From Aulosira sp. ZfuVER01 (GTDB lineage Bacteria > Cyanobacteriota > Cyanobacteriia > Cyanobacteriales > Nostocaceae), in assembly GCA_034530615.2 (NCBI GenBank), contig JAVRCV020000031.1, forward strand, positions 144,450 through 208,449: 64,000 nucleotides of DNA. The letters are read 5' to 3'. How positions within the stretch are numbered: position 1 is the first letter of the stretch; every line of letters begins with the position of its first letter. Position numbers and translations under genes: made by a program. Positions 20,501-30,371 of the stretch are shown one piece after another. A model generated the notes under the pieces. It searched no databases, was not told where the DNA came from, and saw only the letters and a list, made by a program, of their open reading frames with translations.

Positions 20501-22030
20501 CGAGATGTAGAGAAAGGGCTGATTTTAGCTTCCAACTTGCCTGTGTACATCAAAGGTGACTTTAACTTACATACCCAACAAGAGTTTGGAACTGCTTCAG
20601 ACACCACTGGTAATTTGGCAGATGATTGGAGTAACTTTTATACTCGTACCGCAGCTCAGCGAAATCCTGACTTTGCCTGTCGCCCAAACGATCCCAGGCT
20701 ACCTAACTGTACTACTGGAGATGAATGGCGAGCTGCGGCTGTCTTAGCAGATGCTGTTAGTTTGCTTTCCAAGAATTTTAGAGAAGGTTTCCGCAACGAG
20801 GGAGACTATGACTGGAAGCCTGTTGCTAGTAGTATTCCAGCCGACGTATCAGGCTATTTCTCAGCCATCAATAGCTACGTTCCTAAATTCCAATGGTACG
20901 ACAGTACTGGTGTTCCCAAAGACTTGGTTACAGATGTTGCTGGTGACGCGACGACAACAGGGTTTCAGGGTAGTTCCTACCTCCATAACTTTGTGACGCC
21001 AGTGATGAAATGGATACCAGTTCCAGAATTGTCGGTAGAAGTTTGTGTTCCAGATCCCGATCTACCTGCTGGTTCTCCTTGCGTATGGACTCTGACAACA
21101 TCTAACAGTGGTAAGCCAGTAGGTAATCAGTATCCAGAAGGTCAACCAGGAAATTCAATCAAAACAGGTACATTAGCAAATCCAACATTTTTAGACCCCA
21201 GCAATCGATTTTATGGACAACCTTATAGAATTGCTTTTGTCCGTGATTCCAATGGAAACTTGGTTACACCACTTAAGGTGCATGGGATTGAAGATGTTTC
21301 TAGTCCACCTTCTGGGAGAACTAAGCAATTTACAGTTACTAATGGCTTTACCTTTGGCGCTGTAGGGAATGTCAAGGTAAGCTCAACTAACTTTATGCCT
21401 TGGTTAGAGCCAATTGTTAGTGGTAATAATATAACCTTTAAGCCAATTTTGCAAATTGACAACCCCTTTATTACTCCTACCAATCTTAGTCCTAGCCCCA
21501 GTAAAATTGACGTTGGAGTACATGGTAATTGGTTACAAATAGCCAAGGAAACTACTTTCAATTTAATTATTGCAGCGGGAGATACCCCAGCTCGTTCCAA
21601 AGAAGATAATGGCGGTTTACACAACTTTCCTCGTTTTGTAGAGAACTGGAACCCAACGGGAACGGTAAGCGATGCCATTAAAGCCAGAATTACTGGTTCC
21701 TTCATCCAAATCAAGCGCAGCGAATATGCAACTGCCCCATACATGGTATATCTCTCAGACTCATCTAACGGATATGCGATGACCGCGAATTTAGCTGGTA
21801 AGATACCCTACTATCTTGCTCCGACACGGCAGTGGGGTTATGATGTGGCGCTGCTATCTCAAGCACCAGACAGGTTTGCCCAAAAATTGGTAAGAATACC
21901 AGACGATTTACCCGATGAATACTTCCGGGAAGTTGGTCGAGATGACAACTGGGTGAAGACTCTGTTATGTGCGAAGAAAGCCGACGATTCTTATGCCATT
22001 GATGCAGATCAACGTCCTGCTTGTAGCTAA
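17597..22030 (+). CDS. hpsA: Hormogonium polysaccharide protein HpsA (large PilX-like minor pilin)
   Basis: Class III signal-like G|FVLPTVAMVALVVVLL segment, NGGLHNFPRFVENW and YYLAPTRQWGYD motifs, first gene of the hps cluster. ATG 17597 follows AGGAAAG. Confidence 0.9.
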   Translation: MITKRHLVKAQKFLLKICKQSISAIKKQIIWLLRTLFQTRKRRGSVNAGFVLPTVAMVALVVVLLTTAILFRSFERSKNASNVRVNEAVLNAAAPAIDRAKSKLNKLLSDATLPRATPTDTALESIFNDTTKRNEYTLGDETQVKLTSGTDNLRSAWMYPVDTDNNGLFDSYTLYGIYFKNPPVSGGVYTRARNPIEARTPPMVNGGAGDACKDTNGTSATLVGNSGWFKVGSKLKKAFFVYTANVPVTKTGTLPAGYERYKGNKGFSAIEYQQERVQLPLVNNAVVYEDDLEMTPGPKLNLNGRIVTNSNLLTGSGFQQVTLYQVSSPYSCFYEADNAKVIVAGNVGAGTFTSDGGDLTNGTLVHLFQGKGTSPNTATGNNLKDNKSVKDNSTTWSAQIAYNSLAYVKRINRLVDVQIANAASTDPQEVQNGPATKTRRELLELYFKKRTRRVPYAEVAFDSANPLKVGSGTDYATNSPLQGSGDSLRPVDSWVFPFDPSDGTTKTGYANLDLNKASGVTNRILPPATEPTKLEKVKQGNETFVGDRVAVGNNLPELWWDSTKSKFVGPNTDDTQQITTNYWDNPDNANTTDTSANNVRTRRSRIQQLADLGDIGRDGEWELAAAKIPATAQDPVGGLRVVTGAGIYLPAAATAATTTFTSYSTQIWPDLMPAKYGTVPTAIKPFEFYGLNIQYEVPQPAANTPYLQMRATAVYHYKGTSYNETSPTPIACVSSYYDPTNSTTAKNKSTLPWNNVTGGNSNNGIVYGPPTSTVSTYQNLLNYQAQLTYPNGRLVNEPLKKALDKLTASVSLTLSDKSAIDSALCALEIMDTATVKTPSDSAIPHGAIRETTFLDPRQIQAIDATTGSKNYDLNKKDRQPLEIRATALDVDALRKKTIGSGTPQEYLLPNSGIIYATRDDALPDQSAGTSAAAKLENPVDFKLDPTRRPNGIMLVNGSKLFRGTTNTYRDVEKGLILASNLPVYIKGDFNLHTQQEFGTASDTTGNLADDWSNFYTRTAAQRNPDFACRPNDPRLPNCTTGDEWRAAAVLADAVSLLSKNFREGFRNEGDYDWKPVASSIPADVSGYFSAINSYVPKFQWYDSTGVPKDLVTDVAGDATTTGFQGSSYLHNFVTPVMKWIPVPELSVEVCVPDPDLPAGSPCVWTLTTSNSGKPVGNQYPEGQPGNSIKTGTLANPTFLDPSNRFYGQPYRIAFVRDSNGNLVTPLKVHGIEDVSSPPSGRTKQFTVTNGFTFGAVGNVKVSSTNFMPWLEPIVSGNNITFKPILQIDNPFITPTNLSPSPSKIDVGVHGNWLQIAKETTFNLIIAAGDTPARSKEDNGGLHNFPRFVENWNPTGTVSDAIKARITGSFIQIKRSEYATAPYMVYLSDSSNGYAMTANLAGKIPYYLAPTRQWGYDVALLSQAPDRFAQKLVRIPDDLPDEYFREVGRDDNWVKTLLCAKKADDSYAIDADQRPACS

Positions 22031-22045
22031 TACTCCCTAGATTTC

Positions 22046-22078
22046 AGATCCCCGACTTCTCAGAGAAGCCGGGGATCT
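22046..22078. repeat. Palindromic repeat AGATCCCCGACTTCT-CAG-AGAAGCCGGGGATCT; diverged copy at 60268-60299
   Basis: 15-bp near-perfect stem. The second copy is AGATTCCCGGCTTCTTGAATCAGTCGGGAATA. Confidence 0.8.
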
Positions 22079-22187
22079 ATAAGTACCAATGAGTGATGTA
22101 TGAAAAGGGATAAGGGCGATGAGGTGGACAAGGAAGTAATGATGCCCAATGCCCACATCTTAAAAGTTGAGAAGTTGGTGAGTAATA

Positions 22188-22862
22188 ATGATTAAGCACA
22201 AAAAACAGCCAAAAATACTCAGATCTAATGAATCTGGTTTCACCATAATTGAATCCTTAATAGCGATGCTCGTTGCTGCTGTTTTATTGACAGCAGTAGC
22301 ACCTGTAATTGTTTTGGCAACTGCGTCTCGCGTACAAGCAAGACGGATAGAACTAGGAACTCAAGCGGCAAGAACATATATTGATGGTGTCAAAACAGGA
22401 GTTATTTCTTCTCCAGCAGCTACTGATACAGGCGTAACCTTAAATGGATCTGATCCTCCGACAGTAGGCAGTTTAACCTGTAGTGCCAATGCCTACTGTA
22501 CTGTTCCTGCAACACCTGCCAACACTTTGTACTGTATCGATGGTGACAGTGATGGTAGTTGTACAGTTGGCAATAATAAAGACTTGTTAGTTCAATCATT
22601 TCGCTATAACACCGCCTCTACTAGTGCTAATGCTGGCTACCAATTGGGTGTGCGAGTTTACAGAGCCGACGGATTTGACTCCAATGGCAACTTGAAAAAA
22701 GCACCTAGTAAACAAGCAACTTTCAGCGGCGGAATAGGCGATCGCAAAGCTCCATTAGTAGAAATGACAACTGCGATCGCCCCTCAATCAACTTCATTTA
22801 ATGATTTGTGCAACCGCCTCAAAGATACAGGCAATTCAACTTCAAATACAGCTTGCAACTAA
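22188..22862 (+). CDS. hpsB: Pseudopilin/minor pilin HpsB
   Basis: Prepilin motif G|FTIIESLIAM; directly after hpsA. Confidence 0.85.
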   Translation: MIKHKKQPKILRSNESGFTIIESLIAMLVAAVLLTAVAPVIVLATASRVQARRIELGTQAARTYIDGVKTGVISSPAATDTGVTLNGSDPPTVGSLTCSANAYCTVPATPANTLYCIDGDSDGSCTVGNNKDLLVQSFRYNTASTSANAGYQLGVRVYRADGFDSNGNLKKAPSKQATFSGGIGDRKAPLVEMTTAIAPQSTSFNDLCNRLKDTGNSTSNTACN

Positions 22863-22893
22863 GCGTCAACGTTTGGAATAGAGAATATTCAGC

Positions 22894-23919
22894 ATGAATG
22901 CAATCAAATTTCTGCTTGGTATCCAGATTAAACGCTCTAAGTTGGTTCAAGAAGGCGGTTTTACCCTAATTGAACTGCTGGTAGCCATGATCATAGCTGT
23001 GCTTGTAATCACACCTTTGCTCGGATTTATGGTTAACATTTTAAACACAGATCGCCAAGAGCAAGCAAAGGCAAGTTCCGAACAAGAAATCCAAACCGCA
23101 CTTGATTATATTTCTCGTGATTTACAACAGGCAGTATACATCTATGATGCTAATGGAATAAGCACTCTCGTTTCCAGTACTCCCAGCAGTTCTACTACAT
23201 CACAACTCCCTGTTGTTACAGGTGGGGTTCCTGTACTTGTTTTTTGGAAACGAGAGTTTATTGGGCAGGTACTTACAGCAGCAGACACGAATAAAGATGA
23301 TACTTTCGTTTACTCACTAGTTGCCTACTACTTAATTAAAGACACTAATTCTACTTGGTCTAATGCTGCTCGTATTGCTAGATGGCAAATTAGAGACGGT
23401 GTACCCGTTGGCAGTGGCGGTGTCGATTGTGCTGGATATAGTGGCAAGTATGTGAGTAGTAGTTATTGCCCTAGTTCCGGTTTTTCTTCATTTAACCTCG
23501 AAGGAGTTGGCACTCTAGAGCAAAAAATGAATACCTGGACAAAGCTAGGCTCTTATACAACAACTACTACTAATCCAGATGGAACTAAAACGACACAGAC
23601 TACAACTGTAACTCCTGGCTCTCCTATAGTACTAATGGATTACATAGATCAAACTACTACTGGAGCGCCATCTGCAACATGCTCTTCTGGTTCAAAAGTA
23701 CCACAAGACGTTGCAAATTTAAGCACTGTAGCTACACTTAACATCACAAGCTTTTATGCTTGTGTAGATAGAGTGAACACAACAGCACAAGTATTTTTAC
23801 GAGGCAATGCACTTGCTCGCTTACGAAACACCAACCTAAGTTATGCAGATAGTAGAAAAAATTATTTTCCTACTGCAAGTGTACGAGTACAAGGACGTGG
23901 ATTTTTGTTCACAAAGTAA
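22894..23919 (+). CDS. hpsC: Pseudopilin/minor pilin HpsC
   Basis: G|FTLIELLVAM, ALDYISRDLQQAVYIYD and VFLRGNALAR motifs. Confidence 0.85.
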   Translation: MNAIKFLLGIQIKRSKLVQEGGFTLIELLVAMIIAVLVITPLLGFMVNILNTDRQEQAKASSEQEIQTALDYISRDLQQAVYIYDANGISTLVSSTPSSSTTSQLPVVTGGVPVLVFWKREFIGQVLTAADTNKDDTFVYSLVAYYLIKDTNSTWSNAARIARWQIRDGVPVGSGGVDCAGYSGKYVSSSYCPSSGFSSFNLEGVGTLEQKMNTWTKLGSYTTTTTNPDGTKTTQTTTVTPGSPIVLMDYIDQTTTGAPSATCSSGSKVPQDVANLSTVATLNITSFYACVDRVNTTAQVFLRGNALARLRNTNLSYADSRKNYFPTASVRVQGRGFLFTK

Positions 23920-23960
23920 ATCTGGAAATAACAGCACTAATTTATTAATGACAGGTTAGT

Positions 23961-24599
23961 ATGAACAAGTTTGTTGGCAAGTTATTACCCAGAAGTAGCA
24001 GTAAAACCGACTCCAAGGATTTATTGGCTGCACAGCAAGATGCTGGCTTTACTCTGTTAGAAGTCATAGTAGTAGTATTAATTGTAGGAATTTTAGCTGC
24101 GATCGTTGCTCCTGGCTGGCTGGGTTTTGTTAACCGACAACGGGTAAATAAAGCTAATGATACTGTTGTAGCTGCACTACAGGAAGCTCAAAGGCAGGCA
24201 AAAAGAACCAAACGTAACTACAGCGTTAGTTTTGGAATTAACAGCAACATTCCTCAAATTGCGGTTTATCCCGGTACAACACCAAGTAATTGGCAAAATT
24301 TGGGTGGAGACTTAGGAATTAAATCCAAGCAAATTTTATTGGGTGCAAATCTTAGTGCAGTAAATACTACTACTTCTAGTAGTACCGTATCTTATAGCTT
24401 AACTACACCAGTAACTATTACTTATGATTACATGGGAATTTTGCCAAATGCAGACTTTGGTGGAACAGCGGGTTTGAAAATTGTAGTAGCTGTACCTAAT
24501 GCAGCAAACCCTACACAAGCTAGTAGCGTTAAGAGATGCGTAATTGTAAACACTCTTTTAGGCTCGATGCTAACTGCAAAAGATAGTGACTGTAGTTAA
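23961..24599 (+). CDS. hpsD: Pseudopilin/minor pilin HpsD (FimT-like)
   Basis: G|FTLLEVIVVV, APGWLGFVNRQR and KRCVIVNTLLG. Confidence 0.8.
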   Translation: MNKFVGKLLPRSSSKTDSKDLLAAQQDAGFTLLEVIVVVLIVGILAAIVAPGWLGFVNRQRVNKANDTVVAALQEAQRQAKRTKRNYSVSFGINSNIPQIAVYPGTTPSNWQNLGGDLGIKSKQILLGANLSAVNTTTSSSTVSYSLTTPVTITYDYMGILPNADFGGTAGLKIVVAVPNAANPTQASSVKRCVIVNTLLGSMLTAKDSDCS

Positions 24600-24814
24600 A
24601 AAATTTTGCTTTTGCATAAAAAACATCATAAAACCAGTATAACCACGGTACAGAAAACTGCTTTTTGATCGCAAAATTGAGACATAAAGAGCAGTTTTTT
24701 GTTTTATTTGATTTTTGATTACTGTTACTAAATTAACTACTGAACACACTTGATTACATGTGTGCGACTTACTAGTTGAACCCAAATACCTTGATAATAA
24801 TTAATTCGTGGATT

Positions 24815-25783
24815 ATGACTAACTGTTTAGACTTTACTGTAGCTATACCTACTTATAACGGTGCAAGTCGTTTACCAGAATTACTAGAACGTCTAAAAAA
24901 CCAACTTTACACTGAAAATATTTCTTGGGAAATTATTGTTGTAGATAATAACAGTACCGACCATACAGCGAAAGTCGTTCAAAGCTATCAAGAAAATTGG
25001 CAATACCCTTATCCCTTAAAGTACTGCTTTGAAGAGAAGCAGGGAGCAGCTTATGCTCGTAAAAGAGCAGTTTTAGAAGCTAAAGGTCGGTTGATAGGTT
25101 TTCTTGATGACGATAACTACCCAGTATCAAATTGGGTAGCAGCAGCTTATGCCTTTGGCCAACAAAACCCCCAAGCAGGAGCTTATGGTAGCCAAATTCA
25201 TCCAGAATGGGAAGTAGAACCTCCAATAAATTTTTGCCGAATTGCACCATTTTTGGCAATTACAGAGAGAGGTAATGCACCACTATTATATGAAAAACAT
25301 AAAAAATTACTACCTCCTTCTGCTGGGCTTGTTGTTCGTAAAGAAGTTTGGTTGGAAAATGTACCTAGTCAGCTTATTTTAACTGGCAGAGTCACTGGAA
25401 ATATGCTTACCAGTGAAGACTTAGAGATGTTATCCTACATTCAAAAAGCAGGGTGGGAAATTTGGTATAACCCAAACATGGAAATCTACCATAGAATACC
25501 AAGTTTGCGCTTACAAAAAGACTATTTAATTCCATTTTTTCAGGGTATTGGACTAAGTCGCTATGTTACTAGAATGGTAATTATTAAACCCTGTTATAGA
25601 CCAATAGCATTTTTAGGATATCTGCTCAATGATTTACATAAAATTGCTTTACATTTACTCAAATATCGTACAAAACTAAAGATTGATTTGGTTGCTGCCT
25701 GCGAGTTACAACTATTTTTAAGTAGTTTAATTAGTCCTTTTTATCTTTGGAAAAATGGCTATTTAACTGTTAATCATAAATAA
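24815..25783 (+). CDS. hpsE: GT2 glycosyltransferase HpsE
   Basis: VAIPTYNG, IIVVDNNS, FLDDDN and ED motifs; position in the hps locus. Confidence 0.82.
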   Translation: MTNCLDFTVAIPTYNGASRLPELLERLKNQLYTENISWEIIVVDNNSTDHTAKVVQSYQENWQYPYPLKYCFEEKQGAAYARKRAVLEAKGRLIGFLDDDNYPVSNWVAAAYAFGQQNPQAGAYGSQIHPEWEVEPPINFCRIAPFLAITERGNAPLLYEKHKKLLPPSAGLVVRKEVWLENVPSQLILTGRVTGNMLTSEDLEMLSYIQKAGWEIWYNPNMEIYHRIPSLRLQKDYLIPFFQGIGLSRYVTRMVIIKPCYRPIAFLGYLLNDLHKIALHLLKYRTKLKIDLVAACELQLFLSSLISPFYLWKNGYLTVNHK

Positions 25784-25797
25784 TTGCAATACCTTAT

Positions 25798-26781
25798 ATG
25801 ACTGAAATTGTAACTCAATCATTAGACATTACTGTAGCAATTCCTACATATAATGGTGCAGAACGGTTGCCTAAACTTTTAGATCAGCTTTTGGCACAGA
25901 CTGGAGTAGAGCATTTAAATTGGGAAATAATTGTTGTTGATAATAATAGTTGCGATCGCACGGAGTTTGTAGTCAATCATTACCAGACTATCTGTAATAA
26001 CATTTGCCCTTTAAGGTACTTTTTGGAAACCAAACAGGGTGCTGCTTTTGCAAGAATTAGGGCGGTGTACGAAGCTAGAGGTCAGCTAGTTGCATTTTTA
26101 GATGATGATAACCTACCTGCACCTGATTGGCTAATAGCAGCGTATAATTTTGGATCTAAATATCCTCAAGCTGGTGCTTGGAGTGGACAAATTCATGCTA
26201 ATTATGAGGTAAGCCCACCTCATAATTTTGAACGAATTCAAGCTTTTCTCGCTATCAGAGAACAAGGCGACCAACCGTATTTATTTGATGCAGATAATTT
26301 AAGACTCCCCCCCGGCGCGGCGCTAGTGGTTCGGAAACAAGTATGGTATGAGAATGTTCCTAAAATACCTACCCTAAGTGGCAAATTACCCGGTGTATTT
26401 GTCCAAGGTGATGACTACGAACCACTGCTATATATCCACAATGCTGGTTGGGAAATTTGGTATAACCCTGCAATGCATACTTATCATCAAATACCACATT
26501 GGCGCCTAGAAAAAAATTACTTACTAAGTCTCGCGCGTGGTTGTGGTTTATGTATTTTCCACTTACGTTTAATTAAAGCTAAAAACTGGCAAAAGCCTAT
26601 AATTTTTATCAAGACTTTTTTTGGCTCTTTTTACCGCATATTTAAGCATTATTTTAAATATAAAAGCACATTAAAAACTGATATAATTGCACTTTTTGAA
26701 CTTGAATTTTATTTAGGTACTATGATTAGCCCTTTCTACTATTTAAAATGCTTTTTTATCAACTCTTATAAAAGCTCTTAA
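25798..26781 (+). CDS. hpsF: GT2 glycosyltransferase (HpsF-like, paralog of HpsE)
   Basis: Same motifs as HpsE (VAIPTYNG, FLDDDN, GWEIWYNP); name assigned by gene order. Confidence 0.72.
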   Translation: MTEIVTQSLDITVAIPTYNGAERLPKLLDQLLAQTGVEHLNWEIIVVDNNSCDRTEFVVNHYQTICNNICPLRYFLETKQGAAFARIRAVYEARGQLVAFLDDDNLPAPDWLIAAYNFGSKYPQAGAWSGQIHANYEVSPPHNFERIQAFLAIREQGDQPYLFDADNLRLPPGAALVVRKQVWYENVPKIPTLSGKLPGVFVQGDDYEPLLYIHNAGWEIWYNPAMHTYHQIPHWRLEKNYLLSLARGCGLCIFHLRLIKAKNWQKPIIFIKTFFGSFYRIFKHYFKYKSTLKTDIIALFELEFYLGTMISPFYYLKCFFINSYKSS

Positions 26782-26783
26782 TT

Positions 26784-27779
26784 ATGAATAATAATATTCC
26801 AACTGTTTCTGTTGTCATACCAGCTTATAATTGCCAAAAAACTATTAAAAAAACTATTGAATCTGTTTTAGAACAAACTTTTGTTGATTTTGAATTAATT
26901 GTAATTAATGATGGTTCACAAGATGATACTTTAGAAATTGTTTCAAATATTAATGACTCACGCTTAAAAATATTTTCTTTCGAGAATGCAGGTGCAAATA
27001 TTAGCCGTAACCGTGGATTAAACTATGCAGTTGGTGAATTTGTAAGTTTCTTAGACGCTGATGATCTCTGGATACCAGAGAAAATAGAATCGCAATTGCA
27101 AGTATTATCTGCCAATCCTCAAGCATCTGTAGCTTATAGTTGGACGGATTGTATTGATGAAAAAGGCCAATTTTTACGTCGAGGAACATATATTTCGGCA
27201 ACAGGTAATGTTTATGCGCAACTCTTAGTAATTAATTTTTTAGAAAGTGGTTCTAATCCTTTGATTAGAAAAGAAGCTTTGATAGCAATCGGTGGTTTTG
27301 ATGAATCTCTACCTGCTGGTCAAGATTGGGATATTTATTTACGTTTAGCTGCTAATTATCATTTTGTACCTGTACCATCTCCGCAAATTCTGTACCGGAT
27401 TTCAAGCAATTCACTATCTACTAATGTTGTTAGGCAGGAAGCCGCTTGCTTGACAGTAATTGAGCGAGCTTATAATCAAGCTCCCAAACATTTACAGTAT
27501 TTAAAAAACTATAGTTTGGCTAATATTTATAAGTATTTACTTCATAAAGCTCTAGAAGGCTCACCAGCTAGACATAAAGCTATTTTAGCAGCTAAGTTAC
27601 TTTGGCAAACTATCAGATATGATTGTTCAATTTTAATAAAACCAGCATATTTTAAAGCATTGTTTAAAATTTTAATACTATTTTTATTTACTCCAATACA
27701 AGCCAAGCTACTACTTGATAAATTACCTAAAATTTCTAACGTTAGTACTATATTAGGCTATTTACAAATAGAAGTATAA
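26784..27779 (+). CDS. hpsG: GT2 glycosyltransferase (HpsG-like)
   Basis: VVIPAYN, INDGSQD, FLDADD and GSNPLIRKEAL; name assigned by gene order. Confidence 0.65.
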   Translation: MNNNIPTVSVVIPAYNCQKTIKKTIESVLEQTFVDFELIVINDGSQDDTLEIVSNINDSRLKIFSFENAGANISRNRGLNYAVGEFVSFLDADDLWIPEKIESQLQVLSANPQASVAYSWTDCIDEKGQFLRRGTYISATGNVYAQLLVINFLESGSNPLIRKEALIAIGGFDESLPAGQDWDIYLRLAANYHFVPVPSPQILYRISSNSLSTNVVRQEAACLTVIERAYNQAPKHLQYLKNYSLANIYKYLLHKALEGSPARHKAILAAKLLWQTIRYDCSILIKPAYFKALFKILILFLFTPIQAKLLLDKLPKISNVSTILGYLQIEV

Positions 27780-27787
27780 GTTTATCT

Positions 27788-28741
27788 ATGCCCCTTATAA
27801 GCGTAATTATCCCTGTTTTTAATGGTGAACAAACCATTTTATCAACGATAAAATCTGTTTTGTCTCAAACCTTTTCTGATATTGAAGTAATCGTCATTAA
27901 TGATGGATCAAAAGACGCAACATTAGACTTGATTGAAAGTATTTCTGACTTGCGGTTAAGGATATTTTCTTATTCAAATGCTGGACAAGCTGTCAGTCGC
28001 AATCGTGGGCTAGCTCTGGCATCAGGTGAATATATTGCTTTTATTGATGCTGACGATCTCTGGACTGCTGATAAGCTCGAATCTCAATTAAAAGCACTAC
28101 AGGATAATCCTCAATCATCTGTAGCTTATAGTTGGACTAATTATATTGATGAGCAAGATAATTTCTTAGTTTCTGGTACACACATTATTGAAAATGGTAA
28201 TGTTTACGAAAAGCTATTAATCAGTAATTTTATAGAAAATGGTTCCAATCCTTTAATTCGCAGAAAAGCTTTAGTTGAAGTAGGTGGATTTGAGCCTTCA
28301 ATGACTCCGGCTGAGGATTGGGATCTTTGGCTAAGGCTAGCAGCACGTTATTCTTTTGTAGGAGTACAATCACCACAAATTTTATATCGAGTATCTGCTA
28401 CTTCCGCATCAGCTAATCTTTTTAAGATGGAGGCTGCTTGCTTACAAGTAATTAATTGTGCTTGTGCTCAAATATCGGAATCTGTCAATATCCTCAAAGC
28501 TCAGAGTTTGGCTAATTTGTACAAATATTTAACTTGTAAAGCTTTACAGGAGCCGCTTAATCGTCATAAGGGTTTAGCAGCAGCTAAATTTCTGGCGAAA
28601 TTTTTCGTAAACGATTTTTATCGTCTGCAACGGCTAAATTTCACTTTTAAATTACTATTTAAAGTTTGTGTAATTCTTATTTTGCCCCCTAATATGTCTA
28701 CCGCATTATTATCCAGCATCAAGATAGCACCTAAAAAGTGA
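27788..28741 (+). CDS. GT2 glycosyltransferase (second HpsG-like paralog)
   Basis: VIIPVFN, INDGSKD, FIDADD, ENGSNPLIR and EDWDLWLRLA. Confidence 0.88.
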   Translation: MPLISVIIPVFNGEQTILSTIKSVLSQTFSDIEVIVINDGSKDATLDLIESISDLRLRIFSYSNAGQAVSRNRGLALASGEYIAFIDADDLWTADKLESQLKALQDNPQSSVAYSWTNYIDEQDNFLVSGTHIIENGNVYEKLLISNFIENGSNPLIRRKALVEVGGFEPSMTPAEDWDLWLRLAARYSFVGVQSPQILYRVSATSASANLFKMEAACLQVINCACAQISESVNILKAQSLANLYKYLTCKALQEPLNRHKGLAAAKFLAKFFVNDFYRLQRLNFTFKLLFKVCVILILPPNMSTALLSSIKIAPKK

Positions 28742-28772
28742 AATCTCTGAATATTGATGTAAATACAGCATC

Positions 28773-29348
28773 ATGAAACAACAATATTTTCAAATGCATT
28801 TATTATATTTATTTAAAATAAAAACTATATTTAAGAATTCTCCGAGCAGTGGCTTCACTTTGTTGGAACTATTAGCAGTAATTTTAGTAATCGGCATATT
28901 GAGTGCGGTAGCTATTCCTAGCTGGCTAACTTTTGTAAATATTACTCGTCTGAATACTGCTCAAGACGAAGTTTACCGCGCTATGCGTCAAGCCCAAAGC
29001 CAAGCCAAAAAAGAAAAATTGACTTGGCAAACCAGTTTTCGAGAAAGTAATGGTGTTGTTCAATGGGCGATTCACCCTACAAGTATTAATCCTGCTAATG
29101 CTAGCTGGAATAATTTAGATGCTAATGTTCGCTTAGATGAAGAAACAACCTTGCAACAATCAAATGGGATTAGGCGAATCCAATTTGATTACATGGGTAA
29201 TGTTGATAGACCTCCACTAGGAAGGATTACTCTATCTAGTAAAAATGGCGGTAAAGCTAAACGCTGTGTTTTTGTATCGACAATTTTAGGCGCAATGCGA
29301 ACTAGTAAAGAGCAAACTACAGCCGAGGATGGTAAGTATTGCTATTAA
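28773..29348 (+). CDS. hpsH: Pseudopilin HpsH (FimT-like)
   Basis: G|FTLLELLAVI and KRCVFVSTILG, similar to HpsD. Confidence 0.75.
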   Translation: MKQQYFQMHLLYLFKIKTIFKNSPSSGFTLLELLAVILVIGILSAVAIPSWLTFVNITRLNTAQDEVYRAMRQAQSQAKKEKLTWQTSFRESNGVVQWAIHPTSINPANASWNNLDANVRLDEETTLQQSNGIRRIQFDYMGNVDRPPLGRITLSSKNGGKAKRCVFVSTILGAMRTSKEQTTAEDGKYCY

Positions 29349-29380
29349 AATGATTTTTAATCATTACAAAAAGGTATTGT

Positions 29381-30040
29381 GTGCTGAAATCATTAGACAG
29401 CCTCAAACAGCACCTAATCATTTTTACTCGCTATCCAGAACCAGGGAAGACAAAAACCCGACTGATACCTGCTTTAGGCGATTTTGGTGCTGCTAATCTG
29501 CAAAAGCAGATGACCGAATATACAATATTTCAGGTTAAGGAATTACAAAAAATCACTGGCATATCTTTTGAAGTGCGGTTTGCAGGTGGAAGTTTACAAC
29601 TCATGCAAGATTGGCTAGGGTTGGCTTTGGTTTACAATTCCCAAGACGAAGGGGATTTAGGTGAGCGAATGAAGCGATCGCTTTTTGATGCCTTTCAATC
29701 TGGTATGGAACAAGTCATAATTATCGGTACAGATTGTCCAGGAGTCAATTCTCAGCTTTTAGGCAGTGCTTTTGAGCAACTACGCACTTGTGATATTGTC
29801 CTAGGCCCAGCACTCGACGGTGGTTATTACTTAATTGGGTTGCGTTCCCTGATTCCGGAGTTATTCGCTAACATCGACTGGGGAACTAATCAAGTACTAC
29901 AACAAACTGTAGACATCGCTCAAAAACTTGATTTATCGCATATTTACTTGCCTTTTTTGAGTGATGTTGACTATCCAGAAGATTTATCCATTTGGGAACA
30001 AACTGTGAACAGTGAAGTTGGCAAGTGGCGAAATGATTAA
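29381..30040 (+). CDS. DUF2064/TIGR04282-family glycosyltransferase-like protein (possibly HpsI)
   Basis: FTRYPEPGKTKTRL, GDLGERM, IGTDCP, LGPALDGGYYLIG and DVD motifs. Confidence 0.85.
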   Translation: MLKSLDSLKQHLIIFTRYPEPGKTKTRLIPALGDFGAANLQKQMTEYTIFQVKELQKITGISFEVRFAGGSLQLMQDWLGLALVYNSQDEGDLGERMKRSLFDAFQSGMEQVIIIGTDCPGVNSQLLGSAFEQLRTCDIVLGPALDGGYYLIGLRSLIPELFANIDWGTNQVLQQTVDIAQKLDLSHIYLPFLSDVDYPEDLSIWEQTVNSEVGKWRND

Positions 30041-30306
30041 TATTAAGGTTGGATTAGGGAGAAATTCCAGACAACTTTCCTTGAATAGCCAGTATTTAAG
30101 AATACTCAGTAATTTCGGAAGACACTTATGATAACAGATGCTACTGTGGTGTAGTTTCATTCCAAAAGGCAGAATACTTCTGGCTACTGAGAATTGATAA
30201 CAGTAGACGTTTTGATTTCATCCCCGAATGGCATAGGCAATTGAACGCCGCTATTCTGTAATTTTTTTGCATCTGCCTTTTGTTGCCATATAACAAGTAG
30301 GGTTAT

Positions 30307-30315
30307 GGGAACAAT
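30307..30315 (+). promoter_or_regulatory. J-box-like GGGAACAAT upstream of hpsJ
   Basis: Two mismatches to GGGAATACT; about 57 nt upstream of the ATG. Confidence 0.35.
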
Positions 30316-30371
30316 ATTCAAGTAACTTTATATAGGACAATCACTCCGACTTATCAAAATACCGAACAACT

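Noticed and set aside
29381..30040. Arsenosugar biosynthesis cluster suggested by the TIGR04282-type gene
   Set aside because: The partner radical-SAM, ArsM and TIGR04283 genes are absent from the window, and the gene sits inside the hps locus.
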